Below are positions 22,471 to 33,239 of a DNA stretch of 64,000 bases, in pieces. The notes below the pieces were generated by a model. The model searched no databases, was not told the origin of the DNA, and saw only the letters and a program-made list of their open reading frames with translations. The stretch is taken from the NCBI GenBank assembly GCA_021613535.1, contig CP075493.1, positions 12,152,001-12,216,000 on the forward strand. The letters run 5' to 3'. Made by a program: the position numbers and the translations under genes. Numbering within the stretch: the stretch's first letter is position 1; every line of letters begins with the position of its first letter. The stretch is from Adineta vaga (lineage: Eukaryota; Animalia; Rotifera).

Positions 22471-25000
22471 TGATCCTCAACTTAAAAAGATTCTTCATTT
22501 TTATGCACATCAATGGGAAAAATATCGAATATCTACTCAAAAAGAAACAAATGCAAACGATGTTTATGAACTATTTCCTGTAAGTCTACATATACTGTTT
22601 TTTTTCCATTAACAATTTGAGTTAAGATAACAATAAATATTTGGAGAAAAGTTCTTTTTCAACCATTACATGAACAAATCACACAAGCTTGTCTTCAATT
22701 AATTAACTCTGAACGAAATAAACAAGTTATTCCTACTCATTTGATAGGTGCAGTTATTCAGAGTTATGGTATGAACAAAACCAAATGAATTAATTTTTTT
22801 TTATTACTATTCTATATTTCTAGTGGCATTGAATTCTGCATCATCAACTTTTAAAGTTCTTAAAAATTCATTTGGAACTCAATTTCTTGCAGGAACACAA
22901 AAATTCTATCGATTAGAAGCTATTAACTTTCTTATTGATCATTCTGTAACAGAATATCTGAAAAAAGTTGTAGCACGTTTCGACGAAGAAGAGCAGCGTG
23001 TTCGATCTTATTTGCATCCATCATTATTACAGCCGTTGATTGAAAATCTCGAAAATATTCTTATTCGTGATCGACTTGATTTAATTTACGACGAGGCAAA
23101 AATACTTATTCGTGATGAAAGATATCATGGTTTTGTATACCCAGAATATTCATAAAAGAATACAAATTTCATTTTCTCGATAGATTTAGCACTTCTTTTC
23201 AAACTAATCAGTCGTATACCAGATGCAGCTAATGGATTAAAGGAAATTGTTCGAAATCACATCTCAGAAATAGGTGTCAATTCCATTAAAAACATCAGTA
23301 AAACTACGATTATTGTAAGTATGACGCCAAAAAGTAGATCTGCACTTATCGCATTGCTAATTTTAAGGATCCAAAAGTTTATATTGACACAATTGTCGAT
23401 GTTCATCATAAATATTTCAAAGTTGTACTAGATGTTTTTAATAATGATCCAAAGTTCCTTGTTTCTTTTCATCAAGTAAGTGTAACTTGAATGAAAAAGA
23501 TTAATTTGTCCTTTTTGAAAATCTGATAGGCTTGTGGCCATTTTATTAATCAAAATGAAGTTATACAAATAGCTGGAATTTTAGTTTGATATTGTGATCT
23601 ATGGTTGAAAAAAGGGTTCGTTGAATGAAAAATCTTCATCCACCAATAATCGTTTTTCTTGTAGGAATACGACTAACAATGAAATCGATCTGGACAAGAA
23701 AATGAATGAGATTATGATTGTTTTCAATTATATTCAAGATAAAGATGTTTTTCTAAGTTTCTATAAGAGAACATTAAGAAAACGTTTACTTGGGCAATTG
23801 AGCATATCGGAAGATCATGAAAAAATGTTAATTTCGAAGTTAAAAGTAAATATTTTTATATAATCACATGCCATCTAATTGATTTCCTTACTTTTTTTCA
23901 GGACACATGTGGTTATGAATATACAGTCGAACTTGAACGAATGTATCAAGATTTTTGTATTAGTCAAACTATAACGGATGAATATCGAAATGATTGTGAA
24001 AGAAAAGAATCGATCTTAAAGGAGAGTTTGAGAGAAAAATGTTCTGTTGGCTTTTCTGTAATGGTTCTCAGTTCAAATATATGGCTACTTTCTGATTCAA
24101 CAAATCTTCTGCTACCAATTGAAGTAAAATTCTTTTTTTTTCTACGGATGAATCAATTGTTTTTCATTGTAGTTAAAGACAACATTTGATCAATTCAACG
24201 AATTTTATACGAATCGCCATCCTAATCGTAAATTAACATGGATTCATCAACAATCCAAAGGAGAATTAGAAATCTCTTTTCATCCTAAGAAATATCTATT
24301 ACAAGTAATTTTTAATGGAAATTGTTCATTCAATTTTTTTAGTTTCTTGCATAGGTGTCATTATATCAAATGACAATTTTATTACTGTTTAATCAAAATT
24401 CGAATTATTGGACAGTTGAGAAACTTTATGATGCAACATTGATCAATTCTGACATATTAAAACAGACACTTTGTAATCTGTCGAAGAATAAAATACTCAT
24501 TTGTGAAAATATTACTAATAAACAAGTTGAAGATTTAGACGAGACCAATATTGAAATGAATTATTCAATTAAATTAGCTGATCAATTCTACAAGTAATTC
24601 TCTACATCAGATATTAATTAAAAATAAAGCAGAATTTCAAATTTTTTAGTAAAAAATTCAAATTAAATCTAAATATACCACGAAAATCTAATGAACAAAA
24701 AAGTATTCAAGATGTTCACACGCAAATTGATGTCGATCGTGAAATGAATGTACAAGCAACAATCATTCGAATTATGAAAACTCGACAAACATTAAAATAT
24801 TCATTATTAATACAAGAAGTTCTTTCTCAAAATGTTTCATATTTCAAACCGGAAATTCCCATTATCGAAGTAAAATCAATCATTGTTTAAATGAATTTTT
24901 TATTAATCTTTAATTTTAGAAATGTATTACTTTGTTGATTGAAAAGGATTATCTTGCACGTTCATCCAATGAAAAAGATGTTTTACATTACTTAGCTTAA
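22470..25000 (+). pseudogene. Cullin-1-like copy B (N-terminally truncated, intact C-terminal neddylation domain) with premature TGA
   Basis: YLKKVVARFDEEEQRVRSYLHPS, YIQDKDVFLSFYKRTLRKRLL, RKLTWIHQQSKGEL, IIRIMKTR and LIEKDYLAR...YLA*. In-frame TGA at 23587-23589 in ILV*YCDL (canonical LARYCD). Confidence 0.8.
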
Positions 25001-25129
25001 AGAGACAACCAATCGACTGAAACATTATTTTATTTTTTTGTCACAAAAAAGAAATTATTCAAGAGACAGACATAATATAAAAACAAACTGTTCTTCTGAT
25101 AGTCTTTATGGATACAAATCAGCATTCCT

Positions 25130-25303
25130 AAGATAAACAGTGCCAGAATTTTCATCTGTAAATCATACTTTTCCATTTGGTAATATAGACATGCAGTATG
25201 CTGTTTTTGTGCAATATTCAAATTGGCGGTATTATCCAAGTATTTATTTGTCAAATCATATAGTTCAACAGTATCGAGAAAATCATCATTACGTCCAGTT
25301 ACC
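25130..25303 (-). pseudogene. Kelch-repeat fragment
   Basis: TGRNDDFLDTVELYDL...LNIA..QHTACL with frame disruptions. Confidence 0.5.
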
Positions 25304-25816
25304 TGTTAATGGATTGTAAGCTTCAGTACATCTAAGATACACAATGGTATTACATCGACTAATTGACTTTGAGCGAGATAATTTGTTTGACATTTGCGAA
25401 TATTCTCTGTAATGAAGTTAGTGAATACTGAGCGAGTTGTTAGAGCACGTGAAAATTTCCAACCGACTTTTACAGATATTTAAATCGATCGAAAATCTTC
25501 TTCCATCGATTGACAAACGAAAGTAAAGAAAATTAATAAATAATATATTATTATTCTTTTCTTGTTTTAATGTGTTCTTAAACGTTTGATTTCATATGGA
25601 AAATATCATTGACAGAAAGATAATTAATTCTATTATGAGCACAACATTGTTCGTTTCCTACGCAATAAACAATGAGAGGAGTTTGATGTCATAGTTATTT
25701 AATAGGTTAGATAGTTTTATCTTATAGCATATTTTCACTCAATATAATTTTGATGAAAATATTTATTTCTAAACATATTTATTAATTTAAATGAAAAAAG
25801 TTAAATAAATAATATA

Positions 25817-27288
25817 TCATTTGGGTATATAACTTCGATGGCCACCGGGAGTCATATAATATTGTCCACCGCGTGTTCCTTCATAGATCGCGCGACCATT
25901 TGCAGCACCTCTCGTAGCCATATATTCACCTGTAAATCGACCACCATGTGCGCCTCCGATACCAGAACTAGTTGGTCGTGCTCTTTGAATTGGCATCTCC
26001 ATACCAGAGCCCATTGATGAAAAGGGCATGCCCATACCACCCATACCACAATTCACCGGTGACATACCACCACCACCTCCTCCTCCTATGCCCTGAAGTT
26101 GAGCCATGCGAGCCATCATACTGGAAAAATTGTTATCATCATTACTGTCTCTTCTTCGAGAAGATCGAGCTGAATTTAATTTACTTCTGAGCTAGAATTA
26201 AAAAGACAACAGATGGAGATAAATCGTTCTTTTCCTATGCTTACTTCTCTTTCACGTTGTTCTGCTTTGCGTTGTTCTTCACGAATCTTGATACGAAAAT
26301 AATAACTGTATTAACAAGATGATATAACTAATACATTAACTCACTTTTTGCATTTGTTCTTCATTTTTTTGTCTTTCCTCTTCTCGTGCCTAAAAATATA
26401 CGTACAAAATGAATCATTCATATGAAACAAAGACAGTATTCATACTTTTGTTGCTATGGCATCTTCTGCGGCTTTCTTTTTCTGACGTTCTTCTTCTTCT
26501 TCTCTCTGTTTTTCTTCCTGTCGTTTTCTTTCAATACGTTGATATTCAGCATTCGTATAACAATCTCCATTATTACTTCTGATCATACTATCAATAATTT
26601 CAATTAATTGATTGGTTTTTTTCTCTAACTGTTGACCACTTAATTTGTTATTGATTGCAAATGTTCGACCACCACATTCTCGAACTAAATCTCGTACATC
26701 AGGTGATGTATTAATAAATTCATTTAAATTTTGTCCTTCTTCCAATTTATCTTCACCAGTAAAAACCACAATGCAATATTTAATCGCACCTGATCCAAAA
26801 ATATGTCGAATAAAATCGACTGTCTGTTTTTCTTCTGGTGTAAATCGACCAACTTGAATAACAATCAAAAAAGCATGAACACCAGGTGTAGTCATTTCAA
26901 AAATTTGTGAAGCAATTTTTCGTTCAACCATTTCATTTGTCATCGTTCTATTGGTATCGAAAAATCCCGGTGTATCAACAACAGTAAGATTTTTCTGTTG
27001 ACCACCATTATCGTTATAGTTATATTGTCCAGATTTGCAATCGGTTGTAATTGATCTAGCTGATTGAGTAGCATAAAAAGCACTACGAGAATGTAATAAC
27101 GAATTGCCAGTGGAACTTTTTCCTGGAGTGAAGACTTTTTTTTAAAGAAAAGAAGAATTAAATCAGAGATTCACTAACCATTTCCTGTTTTTCCAACTAA
27201 GACTACACGCATTTGATTTTGTGACGAAGCCTAAAAGATCAAATACGATTTCTTTCAATGTTAGAAGTTATCTTTTACTTCATACCAT
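25817..27288 (-). CDS. AIG1/GIMAP-family GTPase + coiled coil + Gly/Met-rich linker + C-terminal 43-aa adaptor-like domain (6 exons)
   Basis: Spliced: M / ASSQNQMRVVLVGKTGNG / KSSTGNSLL...SITTDC...VVDTPGFFDT...PGVHAFLIV...RFTPEE...VVFTGED...CGGR..AINN. An E/K/R/Q coiled coil spans small exons, and the last exon ends ...GGQYYMTPGGHRSYIPK*. Confidence 0.92.
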
Positions 27289-27501
27289 CTTTTACTTGTG
27301 TATAATATTTGTATGCTAGTCAGTGCAAAAATTCATTGCAACATTTTATATTTATATATGTAAAGAAGAACGCTGCATCGGAGTATTCCATTAATGCTGC
27401 GTCATCAAAACGAAAGAAAAATTTACTGGGTATTTTTGTGGGTTTTTTAAAGAGTTATTACGCATGAGCATTTGTACTAATTCTTAACTAGAGAACTTCA
27501 C
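27289..27501. promoter_or_regulatory. Putative 213-bp bidirectional promoter between GIMAP and kinase
   Basis: Divergent ATGs at 27288 and 27502. Contains a TATA-like tract (~27345-27358), kB-like GGAGTATTCC (27380-27389) and bZIP-like TGCGTCA (27398-27404) and TTACGCAT (27458-27465). Confidence 0.5.
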
Positions 27502-28627
27502 ATGGTTAAAAATTGTCAATTAGGACCTATTCTTAGTTATGGATCTGAAGGAACGGTTCATTCAGGATCATGGCAAGGAACTATTGCAGCAATTAAAGTG
27601 CTCACCAATCAATATGCACGTCGTGCTGAAACTGAAATGAAATTAGTACGAAGTTTAAATCAAATTAACATTATTAAATATTATGATCTTGAATATGAAA
27701 AAGGCATTGCTTATTTATCGATGGAATTCATTACAGGTGGTAATCTTTATGAATTTATTCAAAAACAAGTTAATTCGAGTTCTTATTGGACAATTATTGA
27801 TCAAATCTTACAAGATGTCGCTCGAGGAATGGCATATCTTCATAACTCTCGGATCGTTCAAGGTGATTTAAAAAGTCATAATATTCTTCTACGTGAAAAT
27901 ACATATCAAGCAGTCATTTGTGACTTTGGTATTGCGAAATATCTAGATAATGATCATCAGGAAAAGAAACGTACTAATACAACGAAAGGTAAATTTATTA
28001 ACTTATCTATCATTTATATTTGTAGCAATGCATACTATAGGAACGATTCGATGGATGGCACCTGAACTTTGTACACCACCACCAGAACCATCATCATATT
28101 TATCAGATGTGTGGAGTTATGGTTGTACTATTTTAGAAGTAACAAGTGCTCATGAACCTTGGACAGAACAATATAATGATGATAGTCTACTCTTTCGAGC
28201 TCTTCAACGTAAAGAGAATGCATATTTGTTTGCTCGTATCTGTACGAATCAAACAGGACCATTACATCTACGTCAATTGCTAATACAATGTTGCGCATGG
28301 TCAAAAACTGATCGTCCACAATTTACAGATATTCTTCGACAATTCAACGTCGATGAGTATGCAGATTGTATGTCTGTTGATAGTACAGTCTCGAATGAAC
28401 AATCGTCGACTCTTGAAAGAAATGATGATTGCCATACAAAGATCCAGTATCAAACAAAACAAAATCGAAACATGGCTCAGACATCCACTAACAGTCATGG
28501 TGGACGTTTGACTGGAGAAGTATATACTAGTAAAGGTACAGCTAACGGTCGACCTATCTATGAAGGTGCTAAAGGTGGTTTGTATTATTTAACACCTAGT
28601 GGTGCAAAAGTGTATTTACATAAATAA
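27502..28627 (+). CDS. TKL-like Ser/Thr protein kinase (non-RD) with C-terminal 43-aa adaptor-like domain, 2 exons (27502-27988, 28041-28627)
   Basis: AAIK, catalytic loop VQGDLKSHNILL, DFG, GTIRWMAPE (spliced) and SDVWSYG. C-terminus is HGGRLTGE...GGLYYLTPSGAKVYLHK. Confidence 0.93.
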
Positions 28628-28657
28628 ATTCTCATCTTTATTTCGGTTGATTATTAT

Positions 28658-30482
28658 TCATTCATTTTTATGAAAACTACTCATAGACAAACATACATAA
28701 TGAATTAAGTAATCAAAATTGACATGAATGTTTCGTTTTTCTCTATAGAGTTCGGAACTTGTTCTTATGTGCCATGTAAAATTGTTAATCGGTATAACAT
28801 TTAGAGAGTTTGAATAACGTTGAACTGATGATGATGAATTCTCTACTCTGTATGGATTGTCAACATTGTTCTTCTTCAGGCGTTGTGTGTTTTTCTGAAA
28901 CCATTCAGTAGAAATATCTTTTGATGATACATGCTTATCAAATTCAAATGTAACACTTTTCAATTGTATGAATTTATCAATAATCGAACTCATCAATTCT
29001 TTGGATTGGATTACAACTTGTAAATGACGAATATTAACTAATGATTGAAAAAGTTCATGAATATTTTCATGATAAATTGGATACGCCGATTCATCTATAT
29101 CTCTTTCATATGGACGTTTTCTAGTCTTCCGCAAATAAAGAGAATGAATATGTTCAGGAAAAATGAATGCTGAATCGAGTGGTGTTAAAATCAATTGTTG
29201 AACATGACATGTATGTGTCAGTATTAATTGTATAATATCTATTTGTTGAGAAGTAAACGTTGAAAAGTCAAGTTTTTGTACTTGTTTTAAATCTATACAA
29301 GATGTAAGAGTATCGATTAATTCTCGACAATGTATAGAATCACACATTCCATTGTAAATCGCTAAAGATTTCGTTTTTGTAAAACAAAAATTAAATGATT
29401 TGGACTTTGGTATATAGTAGAAATATGAGTTCAACTGACGGTCAAAGAAGATTTTATTGTATAGATGCATTGGCACTGTTGATAATGGTGGATACGTGAA
29501 GAGAACATTAGATACCGATTGAGGACGAAAATGAGGCACTGAATAGATGATATGTCTATCGTTGAAAGAATCTTCACTATATGCAACGTACCAATGTTTT
29601 TCTTCAAACCAAAAATTCGAACGAAATTGTTCGAGTAAATCTTCTGGAGAATTTTCAAGTTAATCACGTATAGTAAATCGAAATCGAAATTTCTCGATGG
29701 ATGTTTTTCGTAGATATTCTTCCCATCGAATAGCATCGATTATATCCACTCTACCGAATCCTTCGATTGTCAACGATTTCAATCTAATCAATTTCATTAA
29801 ACAATTTTCAAGCACATCAAATGCTATGTTATGCATTCTAGAATTGAAAGAGAAATATAAAACTCCAACATCAATTGTATCTTCTTACCTAACTTGATTT
29901 CCAGCTGTGATAATGATGATAAGTTTTCACATAGACTTTCGAATTTCTCTGTAGGTATACCTCATTATCATAATTATCATCCTTAAAAAGTGAAACTTTC
30001 AAGTAAATTAATGAAGATATGTCAAGACATTGAGATATGTTAAAACTTTTGCTTGTTGAGAAATAATTTGGATAATGATTTCATCGAAATCTTCTTTCGG
30101 AAAATTTTATTGGAATGTCAACGACGATGTTTGACATGGTAAACTGATTTGCATGTTTCTCATGTAGGTGAAATCGATGGATTTTAAATTGATAAATTTG
30201 TTTTGAAAGTCAGGGAAGTGATAGAGAAAAAGTGGTATTTGATCAGGCATATATTCCGGATAATCGAAGAGAATGAACTTGTTGTGGCTGTAATTGAGTA
30301 CAAATCAAATCCAAATTCGATCGAGATATTTGACGAAAGTCAAGTTTCATTGAATAAGAACTGATAATTCGATCAAAACAGTGATTCAAATCATCGAAAC
30401 CATTGAAGATATCCAATCCGGTCAAATAGTCAAAAATTTCGTATATTATTTCGGCCGATAACAAGTTGAAAGATGACTTCAT
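28658..30482 (-). pseudogene. F-box-like/LRR-like lineage-expanded protein, frameshifted
   Basis: N-terminal FNLLSAEIIYEIFDYL..DIF..F..LN..F F-box-like motif. The coding signal shifts frame near 30250 (MPDQIPLF in another frame) and again near 29540. Confidence 0.65.
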
Positions 30483-31269
30483 ATTCGGACTTTTCCTCTC
30501 GTAATTCTTAACAAACAGTCAAAAGAGTTTTGTTATTTTAAAATGTCAGTAAATACATTGGACGACTTAGTCACATGTATACTTCTCTGATTTTCATTAT
30601 TCTCCTTCTTTTCTGCTATGTTAGAGAGCGCGTGAGAAAAAAAGAATGCAGTCTTCTTTCTGTTCTCTTGAGTTGATTTCTGTTTTTATTTGCTTTTAAA
30701 ACCGATGAAAATGAAAGTCAGGTTTCTAATATGCTGACATCCCAGACATAAACTAATCCACAACCACACCCGCACCACTTCTACTTGATTGATGTTGTTC
30801 AAAAAACCGCTAGTTAAATCATTTCGTTACTCTTATAAAAGATCAGCAGAAAGAACCCTATATTTTATTAAACAAAATGAGAATTTATAGACAAAAATGA
30901 CAAAAAAAAATTGTCCAGGGAAGAAATCGAGAACCTTCTTTTCGTCTGTACAAAGTATATAGTTAATCGAAAAGAAAGATTAGAATAAGACTGCATATGT
31001 GCCTGGACGAATATAGAGAAGAAGAATAGAAAAGAAAGAGAACGATGATTAGAATGATGGGGTATATGTAACCACTACGTTACAAATAAGATGTATCGTC
31101 CGCGACGAATTGTCGATTGACAAATTGTCCTAGCCCCGCTTTGTTATCATTACAAAGACTAAACAGAATGTGACTATATAGTTTCATAGATATAAAAGAC
31201 ATCTACTTTCTCAGTATGACCATCTTCTTAAACTTATCATTCTTTCATTCGATTGTGTTTTGTCTAAAG

Positions 31270-32100
31270 ATGAATTTGAAATTAATTCGAACATGGATTT
31301 TATCGTTTCTCATGTCACTTGGTATAATGCATCATTCACGAACACGAAAGATATCCCATCTTATCTTCATATTAGCTTTGTATGCTTCAATTGCCTTATT
31401 CGGTTACAAAGAATATGCTGTTTCTATCGTCATTTTATATACTTTGATAATGATAATTTGGACTTTATATGAGAGACGTTCATTATTTCAAACATATATC
31501 AATATGTATTATATTAAAAAGGATAATGCACTTGTCTTAAAACCATGGACACCAAAATGGAAAGAAGAATTTGAAAATGAGAAAGATCGTTTAAATAAAA
31601 TTATTTTATTCAAATGGAAACATATTTTTCACCAGGAACTCTCACCAGATGGTATCATTCATATTGGTTCGACTTCAATCGAAAACATTGCATTTGCTAA
31701 ACCAATTCATGATTTAGCACTTGCCATTACAACAGAACATGTACCAAAAGAGTTTTGTGAAGATTTACGAAAAGCTGGATATAAATATGTTGGTGCTGCT
31801 CCACATACGTTATCCTGTCAAGATCATTGGTTTTTTAATATTACACCACAGAATGAAATTGATACCAAAGGATATGGATTTGATCTTCACGTGTTATTAC
31901 CATCTGTTCATCAATGGCTTCGAGACATTATAAATTTCTGTCAATATTTAACAGAACATCCAATCGATCGAAATAAATATTCAAGTTTAAAAAGCGAAAT
32001 TGCACAAACTGAAACTGATATTCACTCGTATGCAATGAAAAAAAAGAAACTTGTGTTTATGTTATTAGAAAAATCACGAGAATGGGCTAAAACTAAATAA
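31270..32100 (+). CDS. GrpB/UPF0157-family nucleotidyltransferase-fold protein with N-terminal transmembrane segments
   Basis: W...FENEK..L, HIGSTSI...AKPIHDL, LHV, F..YL..HP..R..Y..LK and Y...K. Hydrophobic N-terminus; intronless. Confidence 0.88.
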   Translation: MNLKLIRTWILSFLMSLGIMHHSRTRKISHLIFILALYASIALFGYKEYAVSIVILYTLIMIIWTLYERRSLFQTYINMYYIKKDNALVLKPWTPKWKEEFENEKDRLNKIILFKWKHIFHQELSPDGIIHIGSTSIENIAFAKPIHDLALAITTEHVPKEFCEDLRKAGYKYVGAAPHTLSCQDHWFFNITPQNEIDTKGYGFDLHVLLPSVHQWLRDIINFCQYLTEHPIDRNKYSSLKSEIAQTETDIHSYAMKKKKLVFMLLEKSREWAKTK

Positions 32101-33239
32101 ATACCATTTAAAATAGAATTTTAATATATTATTCAAATAAAATAACAATTACAAATGTCTTTTCGTATCTTTCTCTTGGTCTCATTTTTGCTATAGGCTT
32201 CTTCGATGGAAGAGAAATAGGACAAGATCGTTTACTACTGTTTTCATATAATATAATCTCTTCAAAATGGTATCATCGTTGAATATTCTAGCATCGTATC
32301 AATTGCATTGAAATCTTTTGCTTGAGTATTCCAAATAAGTTGAACTACTATTTGACAACTGGCACTCATGGATTAGTTATGAAAAGAAATATCAATAACA
32401 AAAGTATCTATATCATTCATTTCAGATCTAGTTACAGCCATCGATTGTGACTGAAATGTTAGCGAAAGTCGATAGGGACCATAGTGTTCGTTTGAACGTG
32501 ATCGTTAGTATCGACAGAATTTATTATGATGTATAAAGCACATCGTCATAGTAAGATTGAAAAAAATTTCAATGAAAATGTTGCAAAACATAGTAAATAT
32601 ATGGGTTGATACAGAGAAATACTAAAGGAACTGCGGATTATATTATCTACAATTTAACAGATAAAAATTCGCTGTTGTATTTATTCAAGGTTGGACGCTG
32701 CTAAATAAAAAATGTACATGTGTGTCGTATTCGTTCTGTACAGAACAAGAAAGAAAAACATTGTTTTAACGCTTCTCATATGCTCACTTACTTGACAAAT
32801 TTATGCATCAGCGATCTATATATAAAGAGAGAGAGGTAGAAATGGTAGAAACATGTGCTCGCTATTCTAGTATCGAGTGATTATTTCGTTTATTTACATA
32901 TATAATATATTTGTACATTCAATATTGACTTACAAGTAATGTTCTTTGTGTAGTACTTAATCTTAACTTTTAGAAAGTGCTTTTGATTGTTTTTATTTTA
33001 AATAGAAAAATGGTAGGATAAGATAATTTTTCTATCATGAGAGTAAAATTAGGAATCTTAAGTGTAAAGATTTCGATAGTTCCAAGTTATTTACATTCAT
33101 TAAAATACTCGATTCGGTTTATATTCTCGTTTTTGACAAGGTGCAAAAGTCGGACACGATCAGCAAACAAATTATTTTGATCTTGTAGATAAACAGAAAA
33201 ATCAAGTCATTCAACTTATGTGCGTTTCGAACAATAAGC

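Noticed and set aside
23587-23589. TGA in the cullin as selenocysteine or readthrough
   Set aside because: It aligns to a conserved Arg (CGA to TGA) next to a deletion, and other lesions are present, so decay is the simpler explanation.
32200-32500. Coding-like minus-strand fragment
   Set aside because: It is interrupted by stops and no family was recognised.
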